NCBI RefSeq assembly: GCF_009914755.1
Contig: NC_060931.1
Direction: 5' to 3' (one strand)
DNA length: 64,000 nucleotides
From: the human T2T-CHM13v2.0 reference genome, Homo sapiens
Under the pieces are notes generated by a model, which ran no database searches, was not told where the DNA came from, and saw nothing but the letters and a program-made list of their open reading frames with translations. Position 1 is the first letter of the stretch. Every line of letters starts with the position of its first letter. Shown piece after piece: positions 28,884-40,590 of this stretch. The position numbers were made by a program, and so were the translations under genes.

Positions 28884-29415
28884 TTACAGGAATCGGAGTA
28901 CTTCACTGGCATCTTTGAGCTCTTAGGGTCCTAAACTACCTGCTTTCTTTTCACTTGTCTTAGCTTTCTACACTTGGAATTGGGTGGCTTGTTCAAGTCC
29001 TGGTTCTTCCACTTTCTGGCTAGCAGTCTTGGGCAAGTCACTTAAATTCTGCAACTATTTCCTCATCTGTACAATGAGAACAGTGATCACTGCCCAGCCT
29101 CCAACATATTTGTGATTAAAGAAAAAGGAGATAAGATAGTAATTTTCCATTATAAAGTACCACACATTGTTAAGTTTATTGCTTCTTTTTTTCCCCCTGT
29201 TTCCCAAGATTATTGTCTTGGGTCACTGGCCTTTTCCGTGGCAGGTCCTAAAATAGGAGGAGTCCTTGACCGTGCTTTCCAGGTAGTACTCTGAATTTAC
29301 AACAGGGCTATTCAAATAGTGCTCATACTCCTTATCATTAGGGTGTCTGGATGAAACATACCTCTGCTTCTGGTTTCTTAAATAGTTTTGTTTTATATAT
29401 TGTGCTATGATTTAG

Positions 29416-29555
29416 CTCCAGCGGCGCCATGAGCAAATGAAAAAGAATTTGGAAGCACAGCACAAAGAATTGGAGGAAAAACGTCGTCAGTTTGAGGATG
29501 AGAAAGCAAACTGGGAAGCTCAACAACGTATTTTAGAACAACAGAACTCTTCAAG
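29416..29555 (+). pseudogene. SEPT7 exon 13 equivalent (open frame)
   Basis: tttag|CTC CAG CGG...TCA AG|gtaact. 140 bp; [46 protein letters not shown]. Confidence 0.95.
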
Positions 29556-30593
29556 GTAACTAATAGCAGATTACTAAGAAATGTGTGTATTAATGTTTTA
29601 AAGAATTGTTTTCCTACTTATTTAAAAAACATTAGAATAACACTTAAAAAGTCATCACCCATTATCATGCATTCCAAACACAACGGTTTCCATGGATAAA
29701 TATTTTTATATGGATGGATACAGTCTGTGTCCATTAGCAGTATTTTTTCAGTACATCTTTCATGACTTAATATTCATAATTATGATTTAGCAACTTCATA
29801 ACATTCTCCCCAGTTAACTCACCTGAATTGGATTTCTTACCTCCTCCCCCCAATTATTGGACATAAGGGTTGTTTTCAAATTTTGGCATACAAAGGGAAC
29901 ATTGCTCAAAATCTATTATATATTTAGGGGTACATTTTAATTGTGTTGAATTATGTTTTTACGATAAAATTCTTAAGACAAAATGTTAGATATTTAATTT
30001 CCAATACAGCTAATCAGTTACTTTCTCTCAATTTATACAAAATTCAATATTTGTACCTTGATTTTCTTTTCCTTCATAGTTTCATTTAAAACTGAAAAGT
30101 GGGATTCCTATAAGGATTCTATAATTTATCCTCATTACTAAACATTTTCAGATTTGACATTTGTTCTACTACACTAGCCTACTGTTAACATTTTCCCCAA
30201 AGAAGAGGAAAATAGATTTGTAAAAGCAGTTGCACTTCAGAATGCAAATGACAGTGGGGGAAAAGAACACCCTGTTTGATGCCAGTTGATGTTTTTCAGT
30301 TTGTGCTGTTTTATTTGGGAAGAATTGTTCTTGTATATTAAAGTGGGATTTTGCCATATTTTTTACTGCTTATCCTGGAATTTTGTCAAATATTTGATTG
30401 TCTAAGAAAATACTACTATAGGTTAACATTGTCTTAGTTGTTTACTTCTAAATCTTGTAATTTCTTTAAATGAAAAAGTAGTATCTGAAAATCCCAACAT
30501 TGTTGTAATTGGGTTAGCTATTGTTGTTATCATGTTGTCTATCATGTTTATAAAATGGTCACTCATCTTGATTATTTTCCTTTCATCATTTAG

Positions 30594-31660
30594 AACCTTG
30601 GAAAAGAACAAGAAGAAAGGGCAGATCTTTTAAACCCTCTATTGACCACCAGTTACGTATTAGTTGCCAATATGCCAGCTTGGACATCAGCGTTGGATCC
30701 GTTTGACCAGTTTGCACTAGTTTTATCCATAATGATGGATTTAACAGCATGACAAAAATTATTTTTGTTGTTGTTGTTCTTGATGGAGATTAAGATGCCT
30801 CGAATTGTCTAGGGTGTTCTGTACTTAGAAAGTAACAGCTCTAAGTAGCTTTCCTACATTTTCTTTTTTTTTTTTATTAAACAGATATCTTTGGTTTAAT
30901 GCAAAAGAACATTTTACAGTTGTACAATCATGTTCTGGTGGTTTGATTTTTTACAAGATATTCCAAAAAAAAGGACTCTGGAAGGTTTTCATTGAGGATA
31001 AATTGCCATAATATGATGCAAACTGTGCTTCTCTATGATAACTATAATACAAAGGTTCCATTCAATGCAGCATATACAATAATATAATTTAGTCTAACAC
31101 AGTTGACCCTATTTTTTGACATTTCCATTGTTTATAAATACACATGGGGAAAAAAAAACCCTATATGCTTACAGTGCACCTAGAGGTTTTTTTTTTTTAT
31201 AACAGTCTCTTTTTGTTTGTTTGTTTTGGATTCTTTAAATATATATTATTCTCATTTAGTGCCCTCCTTAGCCAGAGTCTCATTACTGCTTCATTTTTGT
31301 AATAACATTTAATTTAGATATTTTCCATATATTGGCCCTGCTAAAATAGAATACAGCATCTTTCATATGGTAGGAACCAACAAGAAAACTTTGCATTAAC
31401 TCCCTTTTTACACTTTATGGTAAGTAGCAGGGGGAAAATGCATTTATAGATCATTTCTAGGCAAAATCATTTCTAGGCAAAGCTAATGACCAACCTGTTT
31501 CTACCTATATGCAGTCTCTTTATTTTACTAGAAATGGGAATCATGGCCTCTTGAAGAGAAAAAAAGTCACCATTCTGCGTTTAGCTGTATTCATATATTG
31601 CATTTCTGTATGTTTTGTTTGTATTGTAAAAAATTCACATAATAAGCCATGTAGTGATGT
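30594..31660 (+). pseudogene. SEPT7 terminal exon equivalent (coding end plus 3' UTR)
   Basis: tttag|A ACC TTG GAA AAG...ATC TTT TAA (stop 30631-30633), then an AU-rich UTR-like stretch. AATAAG at 31641-31646 may be a decayed poly(A) signal. 3' end approximate. Confidence 0.85.
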
Positions 31661-31852
31661 AATAGAGTGTGGGGGCTTCAATATTCCACAGTCGATGTAC
31701 AAGAGTAGAGTATGTTTGGGAAGAAACTTTTCAACTTGAATTTGCCTCCTCTATGATGACATCTCTTATATGCTTGTGCTGATTTTCTAATTTAAGAGAT
31801 ACCATATCTCTCTATTCATTTCTATCTCTCATTTGTATGCTTATTTTTCTGA

Positions 31853-32168
<316 letters not shown>

Positions 32169-33427
32169 TAACTCATTCAGATTAGGTATACTCTCAAGTC
32201 CCTGGAAACTGAATTTTTTAACTGGAAAGAGAGTGGTGTAATTTCTCAAGGTCAAATGATGTAGATTTTAACATAATACATAATTTAAGTGTAATTAATG
32301 TAGCCCAGTTTATTATCTTGAAATGTTTTACCCTATTTACTTTTTAAATTAATGACCTAAGCAGAGGGAATAATTATAAGTCAATATCAGAGATTGTTGT
32401 TTGGGTGTTTTTTATTTATTTTTTTCAGTGTTTGTGTTGAGAGATTGGGTTAACACCTCTAGCCAAAAATGTTTGGTTTTAGGGAGGCTAAGAACAACCT
32501 ACTGAATTTGGAGAATGCAAAGGTAAAAAATTTATACAGACTGCCTGCCTAACTGATTAAGTACTACTGCTTCTGGGAAATATTATTTCAAAATTGTATA
32601 TATTATAATAACAGATTTCTAAGACGCATTCATTATTCTACCATCCTAATGAAAACTTCAGAAGTTTTTATCCATGGCATGCCCAGGGTGTCACCTGAAT
32701 CTGATGTAGGATCTATATAACTTTACTAGGTCTTTTTATTGTTGACTCCAGTCTTAAGTATATTAGAAGGCTCGTTTTGCTATTTGGTCTGTGGATTTCT
32801 GAAAGGATCATTCACAATACATGTAAAATTCAGGTAGGCCTAAGGAAAGGCCAGCCTGTAGAAAGCAAAACGGCAGTGTCTGTTCTCCACTGTCAGAGGC
32901 ATTATGTAATTGAAGTATCCTGTTAGCCACTGTCTTTCTGCTAATAAAGTGGGGCTGAACAAGTTAGCACTAATAATGCCAGTGAACCACTTGGGCACCT
33001 TGTGGGTAAAGTTTTGCTGCCACCTAGTGGAATGGGATATCATTGCTTCCTTATCAGGTTCAGAAGCAAGTTGTGAAGTTGCTAATAAAATGGACACAGA
33101 GCTTCTTTCTGTGTAGCTCAGGCTGTAATCTTGAAAGCTGAGGAGATACAGACCCATGCCTCTCACACTCATTAGCTGGGTGTCACCACTACCACCTGCA
33201 CATTCTGACCCACCACATCTTAATATGTTCTGTCCTCTTGGAGAAATTAATCTAGGAGTAGAAGTCAGAATATGGTAGGTGAGGGGAAGAAAGGAAAGAT
33301 GGCTTGATAGCCATGAATGCATCAGGAGCAAAATGTTGACTCAGAAAGTTATCTAGATCACAGCCTCCAAACCTGATGTTGTTTCCTTATGAAAATATTT
33401 TTGAGTGTCCATAGTTATATGTATTGA

Positions 33428-34491
33428 TATCGGGGAAACTGCCCCAATATTCATGTAGGTTCTTTTCTATTTTCCCTAAGCATTGGCCAGCTTCAGAAAT
33501 AAAGGGACAGAGTACAAAAGAGAGAAATTTTCAAGCCGGGCGTCAGGGGGAGACATCGCATGTCAGTAGGTTCCGTGATGCCCCACAAGCCACAAAAACC
33601 AGCAAGTTTTTATTAGGGAGTTTCAAAAGGGGAGGGAGTGTGCAAATAGGTGTGGGTCACAGACATAAAGTACTTTACAAGGTAATAGAATATCACAAGG
33701 CAAGTGGAGGCAGGGTGAGATCACAGGACCACAGGACTGAGGCAAAATTAAAATTGCTAATGAAGTTTCAGGCACTGTTGTCATTGATAACATCTTATCA
33801 GGAGACAGAGTTTTGAGATCAACCATCGGACCAAAATTTATTCGGCAGGAATTTCGTCTTCCTAATAAGCCTGGGAGCGCTATGGGAGACTGGAGTCTAT
33901 CTCACCTCTGCAGTCTCGACCATAAGAGACGACCACGCCCAGTGGGGCCAGTTTAGAGACCTACCCCCAGGTGCGCATTCTCTTTCTCGGGGATGTTCCA
34001 TGCTGAGAAAAAGAATTCGGTGATATTTCTCCCATTTGCTTTTGAAAGAAGAGAAATATGGCTCTGTTCCACCCAGCTCACTGGTGGACAGAGTTTAAGG
34101 TTATCTCTCTTATTCCCTGAACAATTGCTGTTATGCTGTTCTTTTTTTAAGGTGCCCACATTTCATATTGCTCAAACACACATGCTGTACAATTTGTGCA
34201 GTTAATGCAATTATTACAGGGTCCTGAGGCGATATACATCCTCCTCAGCTGACAGGATTAAGAGATTAAAGACAGGCATAGGAAATCACAAGGGTATTAA
34301 TTGGGGAAGTGATAAGTGTCCATGAAATCTTTACAGTTTATGTTTAGAGATTGCAGTAAAGACAGGCATAACAAATTATAAAAGTATTAATTTGGGGAAC
34401 TAATAAATGTCCAAGAAATCTTCACAATCCACGTTCTTCTGCCATGGCTTCAGCCGGCCCCTCCATTTGGAGTCTCTGACTTCCTGTAACA
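33428..34491 (-). mobile_element. MER11 solo LTR (HERV-K11/HML-8)
   Basis: The minus strand begins TGTTACAGGAAGTCAGAGAC...GCTGAAGCCATGGCAGAAGAACGTGG and ends ...CCCCGATA. 6-bp TSD tattga at 33422-33427 and 34492-34497. Confidence 0.92.
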
Positions 34492-34958
34492 TATTGATCA
34501 ATGAAAATATGTGTCAACAAATGTACTGCTACACTATTATGAACATTATGTAATAAAATTTGAAAGAGTAAAACAAAAAGGTTAGTTCCTAAGCCCCAAT
34601 GAAGTATTACTCTACACCTTGGAGGCCATCGATCGATCTAAGTAGTATGTGGATAGTTAATAGTTACTGTTGAATCACCAAGGAAGGTCCTAGTGAAGAC
34701 TGCTGTGGTGTCCTACTTGATTTGAAAGAAAAATTTGCCACACCAGTAAATTGAAGTCCTTTCTAATTAAAAGCTTGCAAATGTAAGTCCTTATACTTCA
34801 TTCAGAATTTTACCTGCCTCTTTTGTTATAACAACTTCCCATAACTGTCCTGTTCCAGATGGTAACCTAAGTAGTTACATGTATTATCATCATTTAATCC
34901 TTAATAGATAACAATTGGATAAGTTATCTGTTAATATAACTTAATATGTTATCTAATA

Positions 34959-35054
34959 ATTGAATAAGTTAGTAAACATTTTAAACCCTCAGTTTCCTCA
35001 TCTGCGAAAGGATGAGGAAACTGAGGGTTTAAAATATTTAGTAGCTTATTCAAT
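34959..35054. repeat. Inverted repeat, 44-bp arms (25 bp perfect), 8-nt loop, MIR-core derived
   Basis: attttaaaccctcagtttcctcatc (34978-35002) is the exact reverse complement of 35011-35035. Confidence 0.95.
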
Positions 35055-37319
35055 AGGTGGTAACTGGCAGAACCAGAGTTTGAACTGGTCTTGGTGACAC
35101 CAGGGCCTGTGTGTAAATCTTATGCCTTACTAGCACCTAGTCTGCTCACTGCCACATTTCTGAAGCATGATCTACGGAGTTGTTAGCACAGAGCAGATGC
35201 TCCCTGATTAAGAGGGGCAGCTGGCCACCAGGCAGCCTGGAGAAGCAGAAAGCACCGGACACACTAATTGTCTCAGTTTAGACCCCAACTCTGTGAATTG
35301 GGCATGTAACTTTTCTGAATGTTTCCTCAGCTATAAAATGGGCCCCATGCCTTTGCTGTTTGGAGTGAGGATTACATTGTGACTGGAGTGAGGATTACAC
35401 TGTGACTGCACACATTAAGGTGTCCGGACCTTGAGAATGTGATAATCTGCTGGGGTCATGACAGACCAAAAAGTATTATTTCTTCTCAGTTTTAGTGACA
35501 GTTTATTTTTAGGAAGTGTGCATAGTGCCATGATAAGTCTCTGGATCTGCTTCTTTGTGCACAGAGATAGTCTTTTGAAGTTAATTCCATGGAAATAAGG
35601 TAACTTTGGTCAAAAGAGGAAAGGTGTTAGTAATTGGAGTTATAAAATACGTCATTCTTTGTAAGTAATGCCGAGATGGTTTATCATCTTTAAAGTCTCT
35701 CATCTTTAACAAAAACTTTTGCTGCTTTTCAAGCAAACTTGGTTCCTGTAATTTGGGATTCATCCATAGAATGTTCAAAGTTTAGTGTCAGCCATTTTCA
35801 GCAGAAAATAGGGGCTGACAATTTCCTGTGTTCTTTAGACGACTTTGAAAGCTTCATGGGAAGAATGAAGACTATTCTTGGCCTGAATATTTGCCCCATA
35901 GGGTGCTGGACCCAGCCAAGCAGGCTTGTATTAGCAAAGGAGGGTCAAGTGAAAAGAGACCTTGTTCTGTGCCAGGCTCCCAAAGGGTAGCCTGAAGCCT
36001 TATTGGCCACACGGAACCTCTGTTTTAGATGCTGTTTGTGGACCTGCCGAAATCGAATGCCACTCAGGCTTTCTGAAACCCTTTTGGGGTGGGAAGAGGC
36101 AGTAGCTGACACCTCTGAGAGCAGAGGTTTGTGAAGATGTGGCATAGATGAGGAGGCTAGCAGAGGCAGGGTGGTCAGGCATTACCAAGAAACTTCCTTT
36201 TTGTTCTCTTTGTTCTCTCTTTGAGGTGGGCCACCCCGCTTAGCTCCCTTTTGTCCAAGTGTGTTGCAAGGGAGCAGCATTTCACCGGGAGATTTGCACG
36301 TAAGTAGAGCACAGATTCCCCTGGGTTAGGGGCTGGCTCTCACCCAAGTGTGGGGATACCAAACTAACTTGTTCTGGCAAAGGCATACAACTTTTTTACT
36401 CCTCATTTAATTCTGTTGTCTTTGAATTTTTAATGATCTCTTTCATATTTAAATATATGCTCTACTCTAGTGTAGCACAGAGAAGTTCCCTGTGCCTTGG
36501 ATAAGCCAGTAGTTTTAGGCAACTTGGCAAATGGTGAGTGAAGCAATGAGCACCCTGGCATGGCCTCTGGTGTTAATGTGAGCTGTTTTCCCTGCGTTTC
36601 AGAAGTCAGGGAATATATCGGTGGGACGTAGTGGGAGCTGTAGAATTTTTTTTTCCATAGGGATAAATCTCAATGTGATTATACAAATCTCTGGCTTAGC
36701 CTGATAAAGTTAAAAAACAAAACTAAATATTTCAGGAACACAGTTCTCTCACCCAGACACAAATGAAATCTTCCTTAGACCTTTGTATTGCTGGGCAGAA
36801 GTGCCACAAACTCAAATTGGCATTTTCTGTCTCAAATCTCCACCTCATTAGTGCCTAATTAGACCCCATCCCTAAGAGTCGGGTGCTTGGAAGATGGAAT
36901 GGAGACCACTGATAAAAATTCACCTTCTGTAGTCTCCATTCAGGTATGATTGGCCCGATTATAGCTCGTGTCCTGAAAAGGACATAGGAGGCTTTTTTCT
37001 CCAACTCGTAAGAACTGATGAACTAATCACACCAAATGCAAATGTTTTAGACAGTATATTCAAACTGGGAAAAATACCTGCCTATCAAGGGAGTGAGAAC
37101 TCACTTTGAAGTCTAAGGGAAGGAAACAAAATTGGAAAAGCACAGCAATAAGCATTTGTGGAGTACTTGCTGTGTGCAAACACAGAGCGTTCACATAGAC
37201 TCTAAACTAGAGCTCATGAGAAGGCTATGACATGGCCATTTTCACCTCTTCATAAAAACAAGCAAGCTAAAATTTCACTGTGTGATTCCCTAACATTTGT
37301 ATTTGTTATCCATTTTTCC

Positions 37320-38110
37320 ACAATAAATGCCCCTCAATCCTATCAACAAAATTTAAACCACAACAATCTGTAATAGTAACATTCATTATCTTAGTTTCTG
37401 CAGGTTAGGAATTAAGTGGTTTAGCTGGGTGGTCTGGCAGGGTGCGTTGCAGTAAAGATGTTGGCTGAGGCTGCAGTCAACTGTGGGCTTCAGTGGGCCT
37501 GGGGTATCTGCTTCCATGATGGCTCACTGACATCACTGGCAAGTTAGTGTTTACCATTTTTTTTTTTTTTTTGAGACGGAGTCTTATTCTGTCACCCAGG
37601 CTGGAGTTCAGTGGCGTGATCTCCACTCACTGCAAGCTCCACCTCCCAGGTTTGCGCCATTCTCCTGCCTCAAACTCCTGAATATAGGTGCCCGCCACTG
37701 CGCCCAGCTAATTTTTTGTATTTTTAGTAGAGGTGGGGTTTCACCGTGTTAGCCAGGATGGTCTCGATTTCCTGAGCTCATGATCCGCCCGCCTCAGCCT
37801 CCCAAAGTGCTGGGATTACAGGCGTGAGCCACCGTGCCCAGCCTGGCAAGTTGATGTTAAGTGTCCTCAGCCCCTTGCCACATGGACCTCTCTCCACCAG
37901 GGCTGCTTGAGTGGCCTTGTGACATGGTGGCTGGCTTTCTCCCTGAGCAAGTAATCCAAGACAGAGCAAGGCATAAGCCACATGGCTTTTATGGCCCGGC
38001 TCTGAAAGTCACACACATAATTTCCCAATATGCTGTAGCTAATGCAGCTTAGTCCTGTTCAATGCGTGAAGGGACTGTACAAGAGTGGGAGTACTAGAAG
38101 GTGGCTGCCA
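37320..38110 (-). mobile_element. MLT1-type MaLR LTR interrupted by an Alu
   Basis: ttagctgggtggtctgg...gctgaggctgcagtc...gatggctcac...gtgacatggtggctggctt motifs. Confidence 0.6.
37556..37844 (-). mobile_element. AluY-like (short internal deletion)
   Basis: Poly-T plus reverse Alu. Confidence 0.9.
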
Positions 38111-39439
38111 CAGTATTTTATCCATTTTCTGGGTAATAGACATCTGTTCATTTTTACAAATAATGCTGCAGTGAATATTTCTATATATATCTTGCCTAAA
38201 TATTCAAGTGTTTCTATAGGCTTCTGTACCAACATGAACAAAGCCAGCAAATGCATCATTTTTAGGTTCATAAGCCTCTGTATGGGTTTCCTGGATGCAT
38301 CATGCAGAATGTTTTATTCCCCTGCCTCTTCCCCACTCAGACCAGATCTCTCTAAAGGCCACCTTACATCCCTTATAGTCTCTTGACCAGAGAAGGGAAT
38401 GGGATCTCTCCCTCTGCCTTAGAGTTTGGAAAGTCTCAGGGAAGAACTTTGACAGCTCCAGTAAGGAGGGTGGTACAGATGTGGTCACTGAGAACCACTG
38501 TGAGCCACACAGCACCTCGGATAGCCTGCAAATCTGCCTTCCCCCAGGGAATGGATAAATGAGGTGCCAGTTCTCCAGCCAACCTGGGCCTTTGAATCAG
38601 ACTCACCCATACCTCATGCACCAGATCCAGGCATAACAGGTGGGCCATCCTGGGGCTTTGGCTATGTTGCTGTCATCCTATACTCCTTTTCCCCACATGC
38701 AGGCAGGCCATCATGAGACTCCAAGTCTTTCCACCCCTCCTTGCTGCCCAACCTGGATGTAGGTTTACACTGGCCCCTACTCCATGGCCATGTATACAAA
38801 CCCTGCATCCCAGCACGTGCTCCCCCTCATCCCAGTGCTGGCTTCCTGCTGGTACCCCCAACAGATTGCCAAATGCCCCTTCCCCATTTACAGACTGTTA
38901 AATGGACTTTTCACTTCATATTTTGGCATAATTTCAAACAATTTACAAAAAGGTTGCTGAAAACACTTTTTGGTCTGAACTATTTTTGAGTCATGTGCAG
39001 CCTTGATGCGCCTTATACTAAATATTTGTGTGTATTTCCTAGAAACTCTCCCGTAATAACAGTACAATGATCAAAATGTGAAGAAATTTAGTGAGCTTTA
39101 ATAAGACTTAAAAACATGTATAGAGCTCTTAGATAATTCAGTATGTATTCATATTTATATACTTTGCATTTTGTATTAAGTTCAAAGTCCCCAATTCAGG
39201 CTGTTGTGCTTGCATTTTCCTTCAAATGAATTCAAAGGGGGGTCACCTCAGTGTCCCTGGGCCTGGCCCCCTTTGGTGCCAATAGACCCTGTGGGTTGAT
39301 TGGATGGAATCAGCAGCAGGATTGACACCTGTCTAGGGGTCAGGCTCCCAGTTCACTTCTCCCTCCATTCTGTGAGGCAGCCTTTTCTTTTCCATCCCTC
39401 CCTCCTCTGAGCTCGAGGTCACTGGGGGCATGGGTGCAG

Positions 39440-40210
39440 GTGCCCACTCTGCACCAGACACGCACATACACTACGCTTCTGCCCTCCAGGACCGCGTGGC
39501 CTCAGAGAAACAGGCACGAAGCATCATGAGAGGGACGCTTTTTAGCGCAGGGTCACAGTCTGCAGAAAATCAAGCGTGGTCAAAATCAGTGTTCCCTTCC
39601 GAGGGCCCAGTAAAGACTCAAACCCTCAGGCTTCCGTCCCCACGTCCTAAGTGGCACTGGACCCCAGCCTGGGCTCTACGTGTCCCCCGCCCGCGCTGGC
39701 CACCTCCGGGTGGACCCTAGGATTCCGTAGCCGCCCCCTAGCCCCGCGCCTGTGGGTCCCTTCTCCGTGGGGCCTCTGGTCTCTTAGGGTCGCCGGGGGC
39801 TGGAACCCATGGGGCCACCCTCCGAGGGTCAGCAGCGGCCGAGGCCGTTGCCACAGAAGGTGGCAGCACCTCCTTGCGGGTCGCGAGGAGTGGGCTCCCC
39901 CAGGGGGCTTTTGGAGCGCGACCCTGCGACCCACGCCATTCAGCAGTGGGATTTTATTTTGTTTCAGAAATACTCCAGGGCCGTCTAGTCTCTTTCTCTA
40001 TTTAGGGAAGAGGTTTAAGAATGTTACAAAAGCAACAGACGCCTGAAACAGAACGTTACACCCCAGCATGAAGAAAGCACCCACAGAGTGTGCTTCCCCC
40101 AGGGGTTAAGCATAGAATCTCCCCGTGGCCCGCAGTCCCCGAAGAGTAAGGCAAGGACCCAGCGGATGGAGGGGCAGTACGGCACTGTTCCCCAGGGCCC
40201 GCGAACAAAC
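39440..40210. promoter_or_regulatory. Non-repeat CpG-rich region with a CTCF-like motif (39730-39744)
   Basis: Visibly high GC and CpG density; the minus strand reads CTAGGGGGCGGC. Island statistics were not computed. Confidence 0.5.
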
Positions 40211-40229
40211 GTTAACAGGCTGAATGGTA

Positions 40230-40590
40230 AGCCAAACGTGGTATTCCCTGCTATGGAATGCTCTTTAGCCTTAAAAAATGTGAGTCTGATGCGTGCTGCC
40301 AGGTGGGTGAACTGGGAAAAACTTAACTAAAAGTGAAAGAAGCCAGACACGAAAGGACAAATACTGCATGAGTTCACAATGAAATATCTAGAATAGGCAC
40401 ATTCACAGGGACAGAAAGTAGGTTATGGCTTACCTGGGGCTGGAGGGAGAGGAAAATAGAAAGTTATTGCTTAATAGGTACAGAATTTCTGTTTGGGGAG
40501 ATGTCATGCCTGCTACTGAATTGTAAGTTAAACATTGGTTACATGGCAAATTTTATATAATATATTGTTTCCCATAATTTAAAAAATAGT
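40230..40590 (+). mobile_element. Old L1M 3' end fragment
   Basis: aagtgaaagaagccagacacgaaaggacaaatactgcatg...cagaaagtagg...aggtacagaatttctgtttgggg. Confidence 0.75.

Noticed and set aside
33424-34205. ORFs of 67-130 aa as retroviral genes
   Set aside because: They lie within a solo LTR; no gag, pol or env motifs.
35361-35406. 23-bp tandem duplication (tggagtgaggattaca[t/c]tgtgac x2)
   Set aside because: Real, but an ordinary slippage event in MIR-like sequence.
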